Positions 16,295 through 25,321 of a stretch of DNA of 27,143 nt are shown piece after piece. Within the stretch, counting starts at the first letter, position 1. Every line of letters begins with the position of its first letter. The notes under the pieces are model-generated. The model saw only the letters and a list, made by a program, of their open reading frames with translations. It was not told the DNA's origin and made no database searches. Source of the stretch: an uncultured virus (IMG/VR IMGVR_UViG_3300046681_000127) (Duplodnaviria > Heunggongvirae > Uroviricota > Caudoviricetes); IMG/VR virus record IMGVR_UViG_3300046681_000127; one strand, 5' to 3'. A program made the position numbers and the translations under genes.

Positions 16295-16762
16295 ATGTAC
16301 CGACAGCAGCCCACCCCGTCCCCGCCCCCCGGGTGGCCCACCATCGACGACTACGACCCCGACGCGCCCCCGCGCGTGGAGAAGGCGCCGCCCGGCATGG
16401 TGTGGGCACTCGCGCCCAACGGCGACCGCGTCCTCGCCTACCTCCCGCCCGATCAGGAGGTCGACCGGCCGCCCCCGGTAGCGCGCGAGCCCGACCCGTG
16501 GCCCACGCGGATGCTCGCCGGCGGGGCATCTACCGCCGCGGTCCTCGGCGTCATCGGCCACTACGGACCCGGACTGTCCCAAGCCGGCCACGCCGCGGAG
16601 ATGGCCGGCATCGGTGTGGCAGCCACCTGCGCCGGGCTGGGTGCGCTCGTGATGCTCGTCAAGGGCGGCGGCTCCAAGTCCGGCCAGAACGTCCACGTGA
16701 GCGTCAACGTCCACGCCACCGGCGGGAACGCCCGGGCGAGCAGCCGATCCAGAAGCAAGTGA
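16295..16762 (+). CDS. Pro-rich membrane protein (Spd-like)
   Basis: AGGAG RBS; two hydrophobic segments; VHVSVNVHA tail. Confidence 0.75.
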   Translation: MYRQQPTPSPPPGWPTIDDYDPDAPPRVEKAPPGMVWALAPNGDRVLAYLPPDQEVDRPPPVAREPDPWPTRMLAGGASTAAVLGVIGHYGPGLSQAGHAAEMAGIGVAATCAGLGALVMLVKGGGSKSGQNVHVSVNVHATGGNARASSRSRSK

Positions 16763-16783
16763 GCCACCCCGCCCCGCCACATC

Positions 16784-16810
16784 GAGGCCCCCGCTTTCGG
16801 CGGGGGCCTC
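16784..16810. terminator. Terminator hairpin closing the transfer operon
   Basis: 11-bp stem GAGGCCCCCGC/GCGGGGGCCTC with TTTCG loop. Confidence 0.7.
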
Positions 16811-16979
16811 AGCCGTCGGCGGGCTCGCCGTCGTCGCCCCGTGGCTCGCAGCGCTGCATCAGGCGGGCCCGTGCCGTGATCCCGTGCACCGGCTGCCCCA
16901 CCGGCAGCATGCCGTGAGCAGCCAGCCACTCAGCCAACTCCGCCTCGTCATCACCCAACGCCCACAACGCGACCGCCAT
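16809..16979 (-). CDS. Possible 56-aa leaderless protein
   Basis: MAVALWALGDDEAELAEWLAAHG...; CACACT 6 nt before the ATG; ends at the hairpin. Confidence 0.4.
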   Translation of the reverse strand: MAVALWALGDDEAELAEWLAAHGMLPVGQPVHGITARARLMQRCEPRGDDGEPADG

Positions 16980-17124
16980 AGGTTGAGTGTGGCGGGCTGA
17001 ACCGGCGCACGGTGGGGAGATTGTGCAATCTGTGCAGTCGTTGGCCCGGATGTCACGCAGGGTGTGCATCATTACAGTCAGAGACTGAGCACCTCGTACC
17101 GCCCGCACCCGAGGAGCACCGCCC

Positions 17125-17472
17125 GTGATTCGCGCCTACGTTCACGAACCAGACCGCCTCATGGCCCGCATCGACATCTCGATCGTCGACCACCAGGGTG
17201 AGCAGCCCGAACGCATCATGCGCCTCGGCGACGACGGCCAGCCCGTCTGGGAGGCCATCGACCGGGACGGCCCGAGCATCGAACCGACCCTGACGCTTCC
17301 GCCCACCGCTGGCCGGGCATTGCTGGACGCATTGGCCTTGCACTACAAGGGGGCCGAAGATTCACGGCAGTTGAGGAAGGACTACGACGCCGCGCTGATC
17401 CGGCTCGATGCCCAGACCCTGGTCCTCGCCGATGTAGTTCGCGCGCTCGCCAGCAAGGCGGTCACCCCGTGA
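17125..17472 (+). CDS. Hypothetical phage protein
   Basis: GAGGAG RBS; PTLTLP..GRALLDAL...LRKDY pattern. Confidence 0.75.
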   Translation: MIRAYVHEPDRLMARIDISIVDHQGEQPERIMRLGDDGQPVWEAIDRDGPSIEPTLTLPPTAGRALLDALALHYKGAEDSRQLRKDYDAALIRLDAQTLVLADVVRALASKAVTP

Positions 17473-17747
17473 CCACTCCGACCGAGGCGACCATCGCCCA
17501 CTTCAAGGCCGAGACGGAAGCCATCGCCGAGGTGATGCGCGAACAACTCGACGGCCAGCCCGAACGAACCCAACTCTTCATCGCCGGAATGCTCTTCGGC
17601 CTCGTGATTGGTGGCCGCATCCTCAAAGGCGGCAGCGCCGAGGACGCCCTCGACGAGATGGAAACCCACCTCCACGCAGCCATCGGCAAGGCCTACCTGG
17701 GCGGCAGGATCGCCACCGATCAGCCAGCACCGCCTTTGGTCGGATGA
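17469..17747 (+). CDS. Hypothetical protein
   Basis: GTGA coupling, high GC3. Confidence 0.7.
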   Translation: MTTPTEATIAHFKAETEAIAEVMREQLDGQPERTQLFIAGMLFGLVIGGRILKGGSAEDALDEMETHLHAAIGKAYLGGRIATDQPAPPLVG

Positions 17748-17758
17748 GCTGAGCTGCC

Positions 17759-17947
17759 ATGCCGCAGCCGACCGTGACCGTGTACGTCACCGCAGGCGAA
17801 CCCCGCCGGACATGGTGCAACACCTGCCAGACCGGCGGTGGCATCGAAATCGACCTCTACGCCCTCTCCGGGCTCACCGTGACCCGGATCGCCACTCACC
17901 GCACCTGCACGACCTGCGAGGAGAACGACGATGCACGACCCGATTGA
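17759..17947 (+). CDS. Small Zn-ribbon protein
   Basis: WCNTC and TCTTC pairs. Confidence 0.65.
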   Translation: MPQPTVTVYVTAGEPRRTWCNTCQTGGGIEIDLYALSGLTVTRIATHRTCTTCEENDDARPD

Positions 17948-18620
17948 GGACAGCTATGAGTGGCCGCGTTGCGTCGCCTGCAGCAAAGAACTGTGGGCCG
18001 ACGAGGTTGATCGGTGGGCGTGTCGTCCCTGCCAGGACCGGACGGGGAAGCGACTGGCCGAACTCCCCGGCCTATTCGCCCGCATCAACTCCACCGCCGC
18101 CCTCGTCCGGGGCTCCCGACGCGGAACCGGCATGCCCACCGGCTCACGCGTCCCCCCGATCCCCGCCAACGCCGAAGTCCTCAACCTCGCCGCAGCCGGC
18201 GGTGTCGCAACCCGCCTGCAGGTGATCGAGGACGCGTGGCGGCAGACCCTCGGCTGGACCGTCACCCCGTGGCGCGGCAACTCCGGCCAGTCCCTGCCCA
18301 GGCAGATCGAGTTCCTGAGCAACAACCTCGGGTGGGCGTGCGAGAGGTACGAAGAGGTCGGACAGGACGTCGAGGAGATCCGACGGGTGCACGCCGAGTG
18401 CACCGCTGCTCTATCGCCGGACCGGAGGATCGGTCCCATCCGCATCGGCGCCTGCCCAGTCCTCACCGTTGACGGCCCGTGCAAACGTCAGCTCACCGCG
18501 TCCACCCGGAAGGAAGCCATCAAGTGCCAGGGCTGCGGCACCGAATGGCCCGACCGCGAAGCGTGGGAGAAGCTCCGTGACGCCCTCCGTGGCGCCCCTG
18601 GAGAATCGGTCGCAGCTTGA
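17931..18620 (+). CDS. Zn-ribbon phage protein, putative late-gene regulator
   Basis: CVAC/CRPC at N-terminus, PPIP.N.EVL core, C-terminal CP..C..CQGCG..W; sits just ahead of the late/packaging block; GAGGAG RBS. Confidence 0.75.
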   Translation: MHDPIEDSYEWPRCVACSKELWADEVDRWACRPCQDRTGKRLAELPGLFARINSTAALVRGSRRGTGMPTGSRVPPIPANAEVLNLAAAGGVATRLQVIEDAWRQTLGWTVTPWRGNSGQSLPRQIEFLSNNLGWACERYEEVGQDVEEIRRVHAECTAALSPDRRIGPIRIGACPVLTVDGPCKRQLTASTRKEAIKCQGCGTEWPDREAWEKLRDALRGAPGESVAA

Positions 18621-18701
18621 CCGGCATGCCTCTTGACAGACCCGCTAGACAAAGATCGACCCAGAATGTCACAATCGGCACCAGCAGCACACGTGTCTTC
18701 T

Positions 18702-18730
18702 GAGGCCCCTACCGCACCGGTAGGGGCCTC
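18702..18730 (+). terminator. Strong hairpin (terminator or attenuator) upstream of the HTH gene
   Basis: 13-bp perfect stem GAGGCCCCTACCG/CGGTAGGGGCCTC. Confidence 0.55.
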
Positions 18731-18751
18731 GGCGCATTCCGGGAGGTGAAC

Positions 18752-18982
18752 ATGCCTGCCGACCCGATCTACTGCGACGAGCAGAACCTGATCCCCGCCT
18801 GGGAAGCCGAACGCGAATACGGCGTGCCGCAGCAGGTCATCAGGAAGTGGGCCAGCCGAGGCAAGATCAACCGATTTCCCGGCCAGCGCAACGCCGACGG
18901 CACCTGGTACGACCGGTTCGAAGTCGCCACCATGGCCGCTCGGTACAAGGCCACACCCCAACGAGCGCCACGCGCCGCGTAA
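18752..18982 (+). CDS. Small MerR/excisionase-like HTH DNA-binding protein
   Basis: EAEREYGVPQQVIRKWASRGKI...WYD; GGAGGT RBS. Confidence 0.8.
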   Translation: MPADPIYCDEQNLIPAWEAEREYGVPQQVIRKWASRGKINRFPGQRNADGTWYDRFEVATMAARYKATPQRAPRAA

Positions 18983-19139
18983 CCCCCATCTCCTCGCGGT
19001 CCGGTTGAGTGCTTGCGGGGCGCTCCCGGACCGTGAGGACACAACCCCGGCGCTCGCACCCCGAGCGGGCGCCGGAACCCCGCTGCCCGGTCATCACTAC
19101 GCCCGCCGGGCAGCGGGCCCCCATGTCAGGAGGCGGCCG

Positions 19140-19376
19140 ATGGCAGGCATGAGCGCCGCCGACCAGAAGTTCCTGAGCGCCATGATCGAACACCATCAGG
19201 CCGCGCTGACCATGTCGCAGCAGTACCTCGACAAGACCAGCCCCCGCCTCCGGCAAGCCCGCATCGCCGAACTCGCCCGCGCCATCATCACCGCCCAGAC
19301 CGGTGAGATCGCGAAGATGCGGGGCTGGTTGAAGCAGGCAGGTGTCACCCCGGCCAGCGGCGGCATGGATATGTGA
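19140..19376 (+). CDS. Single-repeat DUF305 (ferritin-like) protein
   Basis: DQKFLSAMIEHHQAALTMS...LARAIITAQTGEIAKMRGWL; AGGAGG RBS. Confidence 0.85.
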   Translation: MAGMSAADQKFLSAMIEHHQAALTMSQQYLDKTSPRLRQARIAELARAIITAQTGEIAKMRGWLKQAGVTPASGGMDM

Positions 19377-19411
19377 CCGCGCCGGCCAGCACCTCTGACC
19401 CTGGAGACCCA

Positions 19412-19639
19412 GTGCGCGTTCGCGCCCTCACCGCCGCAGCCGTGGCCGTGCTCGCCCTCGGCAGCCTCGCTGGCTGCGGCAACAAGCATCCCGAGCCGGG
19501 ACCTTCCGGGACGGCGACCACGGCGCGGCCGACCGTCAGCCCCAGTCGCAGCGCCTCGCCGAGCCCGGCCAGCCCGTCGCCGAGTCACTCGCCGTCGGGA
19601 AGCGACACCCCCGAGCCCAGCGGGCCACCCTCGGCCTGA
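19412..19639 (+). CDS. Small Pro/Ser-rich lipoprotein (alternative start 19373)
   Basis: Signal peptide with lipobox LAG-C; GGAG RBS. Confidence 0.7.
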   Translation: MRVRALTAAAVAVLALGSLAGCGNKHPEPGPSGTATTARPTVSPSRSASPSPASPSPSHSPSGSDTPEPSGPPSA

Positions 19640-19664
19640 GAACACCCGACGGGAGGCATCCACC

Positions 19665-20966
19665 GTGCCATTCCCGACCGGCGCCTCCACAATCACGCTC
19701 ACCATCAACGCGCCCATCCCGGCCGGCGGCGGCGCCAACAACGGGCGCATCGTCTTCACGCCATCCACGGTCCTCGTCGACTCCACCCACAAAGCGATCT
19801 ACTCCGGCTCCGGTGCGGCCACCCTCGACTCCACCAGTGCGGCCAGCATCGTTCTCCTCACCAACGACTCCGCAGGCGTCCTGCCCGCCGGATGGCGATG
19901 GCAAGTCGACGAGCAGATACCCGGTGCCCGCCGCACCTACTGGATCGACCTGCCGTCCACGCTCGGCTCGACCATCGACCTGTCCGCCCTGTCGCCGGTC
20001 TCCGGGCCGGACGGCTCCGGCGGCAGCCTCCCGCCCACCGGGCCTGCCGGAGGAGCCCTCTCCGGCACCTACCCCAACCCCGGACTGTCAGCATCCACCG
20101 TGGCGCTGTTCGACGCGGCCGGGGCGGCAGGAATCGCCCAGACGAACGCCACAACGGCGGCAGCGGCAGACGCCACGGCGAAAGTCGCCGCACACCGGAC
20201 CGCCACCGACCCCCACGGCGACCGCACCTACACAGACACGGCCATCGCCGCCCGCCCGGCATTCCTCACCACCAGCGGCCAGCCCGACAACGCCCTCGGC
20301 ATCAACGGCGACTGGGCCATCGACCCCGGGGCGCGCCGCCTCTACGGGCCGAAGACCGCAGGCGCATGGGCGACCTGGTCGCAGATCACCGCCCCCACCG
20401 GTGCGACCTGGCAGCTCAACGGCCAAGCCGCCCTGACCGGCAGCGACCTGTACCTCACGCACGCCACCGACGGCTTCGGCGCCGGAACCTGCTGGAACAC
20501 CACCCTCCAGCCCACCGACGGCCTCGACGTCACCTTCGAAGTCGAGATGTCCGGCGGGACCGGGGCCGACGGCATCACCTTTGCGCTTGCCGATCCGGCG
20601 ACCGTGGCCACGTTTGTCGGCGGAGGCGGCGGTGACCTCGGGCTCGTCGGCTGCACCGCTGTAGCGCTGGCCCTGGACACCGGAGCCGGTTCGAGAGCCC
20701 GCCTCGTCACCACCGATGCGACCACCATGACGGCCCTCGTCACCTACGGCGGCGTCCTCACCCTCCGGCCCGCGCCGGTTCACGTCCGGATCCGGTACCT
20801 GAGCGGCGTGTTCACCGCGTGGATCGACGGCGTTCAGATCGTCAATCAGGCCGTGGTCGCGACGTCGAGCGCCCGCATCGGCTGGACGGGATCCAACGGC
20901 GGCGCCAACGACAACCACATCGTTCGCAACGTCGCCTTCACGCCCCGCGGCGGACTGCCGCTCTGA
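19665..20966 (+). CDS. Fibre/decoration-like virion protein with C-terminal L-type (legume/ConA) lectin domain
   Basis: N-terminal anchor (GRIVFTPS...GWRWQVDEQ...IDLSALSPV), H..ATDPHGDR, G.P...G..GD..ID...LYGPK, lectin motifs GADGITFAL and IGWTGSNGG. Confidence 0.78.
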   Translation: MPFPTGASTITLTINAPIPAGGGANNGRIVFTPSTVLVDSTHKAIYSGSGAATLDSTSAASIVLLTNDSAGVLPAGWRWQVDEQIPGARRTYWIDLPSTLGSTIDLSALSPVSGPDGSGGSLPPTGPAGGALSGTYPNPGLSASTVALFDAAGAAGIAQTNATTAAAADATAKVAAHRTATDPHGDRTYTDTAIAARPAFLTTSGQPDNALGINGDWAIDPGARRLYGPKTAGAWATWSQITAPTGATWQLNGQAALTGSDLYLTHATDGFGAGTCWNTTLQPTDGLDVTFEVEMSGGTGADGITFALADPATVATFVGGGGGDLGLVGCTAVALALDTGAGSRARLVTTDATTMTALVTYGGVLTLRPAPVHVRIRYLSGVFTAWIDGVQIVNQAVVATSSARIGWTGSNGGANDNHIVRNVAFTPRGGLPL

Positions 20967-21000
20967 ACGCCACATAGATCACAGACGGAGGTGAGCGGCT

Positions 21001-21297
21001 ATGGCCACCTACGCCGGCAGCCGCATCCAGCACCAGATCCTCACCGCCTCCACCGTCGACACCGTGACCTTCGACGCCGACTACACCTCCGTCGAGATCG
21101 TCAACCGTGACGGGGCGGCGGAAATCTACGCGACCGTCGACAGCGGCATCACCCCCACCGTCGGCGGCGCCGGCTGCGACGTCCTGCCCGCAGGCATGAG
21201 TTCGCTCATCGTCAACGCGTCCGGCTACGGCTCGCCCACCAGCATCAAACTCATCAGCGCCGGGACGCCCGCCTACACCGTCAAGGGCCTGCTGTGA
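21001..21297 (+). CDS. Small beta-rich putative structural protein
   Basis: GGAGGT RBS; Thr/Val/Gly rich; coupled to the next gene. Confidence 0.75.
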   Translation: MATYAGSRIQHQILTASTVDTVTFDADYTSVEIVNRDGAAEIYATVDSGITPTVGGAGCDVLPAGMSSLIVNASGYGSPTSIKLISAGTPAYTVKGLL

Positions 21298-22964
21298 CGG
21301 CCGCGACCCAGCAGCGAGTCTTCCTCGGCGGCGGAAGCAGCGGCAGTCGCAGCACGCCCTGGGTGTTCGACGTCACCGCCCCGGCATACGGGGCGGTCGG
21401 TGACGCACAGGTCGTCGGCGACGGGGCGATGTCGTCCGGCGTCGCGGTCCTCACCAGCGCAACCGCCAACTGGCCCACGAGCATCGTCGGCAAGTCCATC
21501 TCGGTGAAAGGCGCTGCGGCGACCGGCGTCACAACGCTGGTCACGACCGTTGCGAGCCGACAGAGCTCCACGCAGATCACGCTCAACGCGGTGAACGCCT
21601 CCGCAGGCGCCGTGTCCAATGCGGTTGTCATCTGGGGCACCAACGACCAGGCCGCGATCCAAGCGGCGGTCGACGCCGCCGAGGCCTACCTCGCTGCCGG
21701 TCACACCTACGCGCAGGTCTACTTCCCGCCGAGGCCGTTCATCGTTGCCGGGGCGCTCAACACCAGCAAGAGCGGCAACGGGCAGATCGTGTTCGGCGCG
21801 TACTCCACGACCGGCACCAAGAAGATCCTGGAGTTCGCCGGCGCAACCGACGGCGCCGCAGCCGTCCGCCACTGGCTGTCGACGGTTCCGCAGTTCGCCG
21901 GATCATGCATCATCAGCCTCGGCGTCTACGCATCCACGTCCGCGCAGATCACCAGCATCAACGCCGCCGGCAACCCGGGCGTCATCTGCGGCCCCAACGA
22001 AGGCTCCGGGTACGGCGTGGCTGCGGCGTTCAACAATGTCATGGCCGTCGTCAAGAACCTGGCCATCCTCACCGCGCACAGCTCGTTCGGCCTCACCTAC
22101 GGCGCCGCGAACCTCTGGGGATGCGCCAACGCCCACGTGGAGAACGTCGGCTACGGCACCGCTGGAACTGTCGCCTCGCCGAGCACCGACTACTCCAGCC
22201 CCGGCACCTTCGGCACCGGCCTGTCCATCGGCCTCCTGTTCCCGGCGCCCGGCAACAACGACCACGTCATCGGCAACAACATCTCGTGCGGTGGCGGCTA
22301 CACCTACGCGATGTTCCTCACCGAGCACGCGGTGGTCGACCGGTACATGGCCCTGTACTGCTGGGCCGGGCTGTGCGCCGTCGGCACCTACGCGGGCTCA
22401 GTCGGCTCCGTGCACGCCATGCACGTCACCTCCGCATCCATCGAGGCGTGCACGCACGAGTTGTACATCGTCGGAGCAGGCTCTCAAGGCGTCGGCCCGA
22501 CGATCTACGCCGCGATCTCCACCGAGTCCAGCACCCCCAACATCGCCGGAACCTCGGCGGGGGCCATGAACGCTGGCCTCGGGCGCGTTATCTGGACGGG
22601 CCTGTTCACCGAGTCCGGCATGAGCGTTTCCAACCCGACCGGCATCGAGATGGTCAACGGCCAGGTCCCGCGCGCCATCAAACGGAAGACGACCACGTTC
22701 ACCGCCAGCCCCATCGACCGCACCCTGGTCTGCGACACCACGTCCGCCGGGTTCACCGGGACGCTGCCCGCCGCCGACTTCTGCCCGACCGAGTACGCGT
22801 TCAAGAACGTCGGCGCCAACACGCTCACCGTCGGGACGACCAGCAGCCAGCTCATCTACACGACCAGCGGCACCGGAGCCACCACAGCCACCGTCGCTAC
22901 CGGCGCCACACTCCGCGTCCAGGCCCTCTACAACGGCAGCTCGTGGGGCTGGTACGCCGTCTGA
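21294..22964 (+). CDS. Tailspike-like pectin-lyase-fold (beta-helix) protein, possible depolymerase
   Basis: FDVT..YGAVGD, GTNDQAAIQAAVDAA, VYFPP; Gly/Asn/Thr-rich core; C-terminal FTASPIDRTLVCDT..FTGTLP domain. Confidence 0.75.
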   Translation: MTAATQQRVFLGGGSSGSRSTPWVFDVTAPAYGAVGDAQVVGDGAMSSGVAVLTSATANWPTSIVGKSISVKGAAATGVTTLVTTVASRQSSTQITLNAVNASAGAVSNAVVIWGTNDQAAIQAAVDAAEAYLAAGHTYAQVYFPPRPFIVAGALNTSKSGNGQIVFGAYSTTGTKKILEFAGATDGAAAVRHWLSTVPQFAGSCIISLGVYASTSAQITSINAAGNPGVICGPNEGSGYGVAAAFNNVMAVVKNLAILTAHSSFGLTYGAANLWGCANAHVENVGYGTAGTVASPSTDYSSPGTFGTGLSIGLLFPAPGNNDHVIGNNISCGGGYTYAMFLTEHAVVDRYMALYCWAGLCAVGTYAGSVGSVHAMHVTSASIEACTHELYIVGAGSQGVGPTIYAAISTESSTPNIAGTSAGAMNAGLGRVIWTGLFTESGMSVSNPTGIEMVNGQVPRAIKRKTTTFTASPIDRTLVCDTTSAGFTGTLPAADFCPTEYAFKNVGANTLTVGTTSSQLIYTTSGTGATTATVATGATLRVQALYNGSSWGWYAV

Positions 22965-22984
22965 CCGGGCGAAAGGTCCCACCC

Positions 22985-23176
22985 GTGGCTCGCATTCAAG
23001 TCCTCGCCCTGCCCTCCACCCACGACGACGAGGCACCGTTCGTGCTGGTCATCGATCAGGTGGACTACGAGAAAGCCGAGTGGCTGTTCGGAGACCCAGA
23101 CAACCTCACCCGCTTCAAGGACATGTGCGGGGCCCGCGCCGTCCTCGTCACCGAAGGCGTTCTCGACGCGATCTGA
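22985..23176 (+). CDS. Hypothetical phage protein
   Basis: GAAAGG RBS; ARIQVLALP...PFVLVIDQ...GARAVLV. Confidence 0.7.
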   Translation: MARIQVLALPSTHDDEAPFVLVIDQVDYEKAEWLFGDPDNLTRFKDMCGARAVLVTEGVLDAI

Positions 23177-23187
23177 ACGGAGCCCGC

Positions 23188-23472
23188 ATGCCCATGCCGA
23201 GCGTTGGCGGCATCGTGCACTACTGCTCGTATGGCACCCCAGGCGGCGAGTACACCTCGCAGTGCCGCGCGGCCATCGTGACCGCAGTCCCCGACATCCT
23301 GTCCGGCGGGCTGTACGGCAAGGTCCCCGACGTGCACCTGTGCGTCCTCAACCCCGAAGGTTTCTTCTTCAACCAGAACGTGCAGTACGACGAGCCGTAT
23401 GACGGCGAGGTACATCCTGGTAGCAGCCACCTCACCGGCGGCACCTGGCACTGGCCCGAGCAAGTCGAATGA
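23188..23472 (+). CDS. Conserved-looking hypothetical phage protein
   Basis: PSVG.IVHY.SYGTPGGEY..CRAAIVT...GTWHWPE; GGAG RBS. Confidence 0.78.
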   Translation: MPMPSVGGIVHYCSYGTPGGEYTSQCRAAIVTAVPDILSGGLYGKVPDVHLCVLNPEGFFFNQNVQYDEPYDGEVHPGSSHLTGGTWHWPEQVE

Positions 23473-23708
23473 GGAAGCACAAGCCCCCGCTTCGACAGCC
23501 GCGCGGACCCCGAGCCACACTGCCGAAGCCGATGCCGACGTCACCCGGACCGCCATGCGGACCCAGCCCGTACCCGGAAGTCAGCGCAGATCCGTGGTGG
23601 GCCCACAACGGCAACCTGTGCGCGTGCTGGCACCTCCACGACGAATGCCCCTGCAACCTCGTCGCTCACACGGATGCCCACCTCGCGGCAGACTGCTCCT
23701 GCCGCTGA
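23469..23708 (+). CDS. Cys/His-rich small protein
   Basis: ATGA coupling; CAC.H...CPC...H...H...CSC. Confidence 0.5.
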   Translation: MRKHKPPLRQPRGPRATLPKPMPTSPGPPCGPSPYPEVSADPWWAHNGNLCACWHLHDECPCNLVAHTDAHLAADCSCR

Positions 23709-23709
23709 G

Positions 23710-23931
23710 CTACTGGCCGCCGCCCCGCCGCCACGGCCGGTCCTTCCCGCCCGGCCGCAGCGTGACCTCCGGATCCGGCCCCGTCCGCCGCTGCCGCGCC
23801 GTCGCCGCCACCGCGCCCAGCATCAACAGGCCGCCGACCACCAGCCAGACGACCGTGAACTCGGTGATCACACCGAACATCAGCACGACCAGACCCACCA
23901 CGAACACGCCCAGCGCAGCATCGCTCCGCAT
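23710..23931 (-). CDS. Small two-TM membrane protein on the opposite strand (moron-like)
   Basis: GAGGGG RBS; two hydrophobic helices, basic tail. Confidence 0.7.
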   Translation of the reverse strand: MRSDAALGVFVVGLVVLMFGVITEFTVVWLVVGGLLMLGAVAATARQRRTGPDPEVTLRPGGKDRPWRRGGGQ

Positions 23932-24020
23932 GGCACACCCCCTCGCCCCTTGAGGCGACCAAGGTACGGCAGGAATCGCCGACCACACCCCATACGCCCG
24001 CAGATTGATCCCTGCGGGAA

Positions 24021-24053
24021 GGAAGCCCCGGCGTTCCAGGCGTCGGGGCTTCC
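24021..24053 (+). other. Leader hairpin
   Basis: GGAAGCCCCGGCG/CGTCGGGGCTTCC stem just upstream of the RBS of 24072. Confidence 0.55.
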
Positions 24054-24071
24054 GCGTTCCCTGGAGACGAC

Positions 24072-24932
24072 ATGGACATCCGACCCATCGACCTGCCCGA
24101 ACTGCGGGCTGACATCGTCAGCAACTTCATCGGCCCCAAAGCTCAAGCCCTATGGGCAGATGCAATCGCAAAGATGGGGTTGCCCGCCGAGGGGGCCCTG
24201 CCTATCGCGTCAGCGTTCCACGACGCAGCCAGGCTCGCCGAGCTGTATCACGTATCGCCCGACATGTGTCGGCTTGCACAAGCTGCCGGACGGACGCTAG
24301 ACCGGTTCATACCAAGCCGCCAGGATGCGCCGTCAGAGAGCGGCCTGATGGTCTTTGGGGGAGAGATCCCGCTAGTCGTGACGTTCGGCGACGGCAGTAA
24401 GACCGGTGTGTGCGGAGTCCTTTGGGGCTTCCACGGGGGGACGTTCCAGTTTCTGCCGCTCATCGACGCCAGAGAGTTCGCCTCCCCGTGGTTCCGTGGC
24501 GCGGCGCTGGCCGTGCCGCATGCATGGTTCACCGCGCCGACCGAAGAATCCAATGAGGCGGGATGGAGTGAGCGGCCGTCGCACGTGGCTGGGCAAGTCC
24601 TTCCCGTTATGCTGTCGGCTTGGCTGTTGATGCAGCAGAACCTCGCGCGCGTAACGGAGGCGGAACCAGATCGAGCGGCGCGCAAGCGTCTGCGTCGCAT
24701 GGGACAGGAACCAAAGCCCGTGCGGATCATCGAACTTCGCCGCCCCGCGCACAGCGGCTCCGGCGATGGCTCGCGCGAGTTCCACCACCAGTGGATCGTC
24801 AAGGGCCACTGGCGGCAGCAGTGGTACCCGGCCCGTGAAGTCCACCGCCCCGTCTGGATCGCACCCCACATCAAGGGCCCCGAAGGCGCACCACTCATTG
24901 GCGGCGAGAAGGTCTACGCCTGGAAGAGGTGA
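24072..24932 (+). CDS. Hypothetical phage protein with His/Trp-rich C-terminal motif
   Basis: GGAG RBS; HQWIVKGHWRQQWYP...HRPVWIAPHIKGPEGAPL. Confidence 0.8.
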   Translation: MDIRPIDLPELRADIVSNFIGPKAQALWADAIAKMGLPAEGALPIASAFHDAARLAELYHVSPDMCRLAQAAGRTLDRFIPSRQDAPSESGLMVFGGEIPLVVTFGDGSKTGVCGVLWGFHGGTFQFLPLIDAREFASPWFRGAALAVPHAWFTAPTEESNEAGWSERPSHVAGQVLPVMLSAWLLMQQNLARVTEAEPDRAARKRLRRMGQEPKPVRIIELRRPAHSGSGDGSREFHHQWIVKGHWRQQWYPAREVHRPVWIAPHIKGPEGAPLIGGEKVYAWKR

Positions 24933-24937
24933 GCGCC

Positions 24938-25321
24938 ATGCCGAGACGTGGAGGCTGGCGAGTCTGCTCGAAACCCGGCTGCCCAGAGTTCACTCAGAGC
25001 GGTCGCTGCGAAGACCACCGACGCGAAGCCGAAGCCAAACGCGGCACCGCCAAGCAACGCGGATACGGCGGCCAACACCTCACCCGCTTCCGCCCCGGCG
25101 TCCTCGCCAAGAACCCGACGTGCGTCTGCACCGAGGAAGGCCACGACCATCCGGACCCATGCGGCCAGCCATCCAAGCACGCCGACCACTGGCCACTCAG
25201 CCGACGCGAACTCGTCGAGCGAGGTGGCGACCCCAACGACCCCAAGCACGGGCGTGGCTTGTGCCACTCGTGCCATAGCAAGGAAACCGCGCGGTACCAA
25301 CCCGGAGGAATCGGCGCATGA
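24938..25321 (+). CDS. Phage packaging-type HNH endonuclease (alternative GTG start 24929)
   Basis: CSKPGC..GRCEDH...RG...RGY...VL...P.C...C...ADH...GLCHSCHSKET, the pattern of terminase-associated HNH proteins. Confidence 0.82.
   Translation: MPRRGGWRVCSKPGCPEFTQSGRCEDHRREAEAKRGTAKQRGYGGQHLTRFRPGVLAKNPTCVCTEEGHDHPDPCGQPSKHADHWPLSRRELVERGGDPNDPKHGRGLCHSCHSKETARYQPGGIGA

Larger units (their letters stand above)
6732..16810. mobile_element. Streptomyces plasmid/AICE-type conjugative transfer module with divergent regulator
   Basis: TraB-like ATPase, SpdB-like and other membrane proteins in one operon from a TTGACA promoter to a terminator; boundaries approximate. Confidence 0.75.

Noticed and set aside
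18633..18667. TTGACA as a late promoter
   Set aside because: No acceptable -10 hexamer at 16-18 nt spacing
9776..19125. tRNA or known riboswitch in the structured intergenic segments (9776-9945, 18983-19125)
   Set aside because: No cloverleaf, T-loop consensus or aptamer core recognisable by eye
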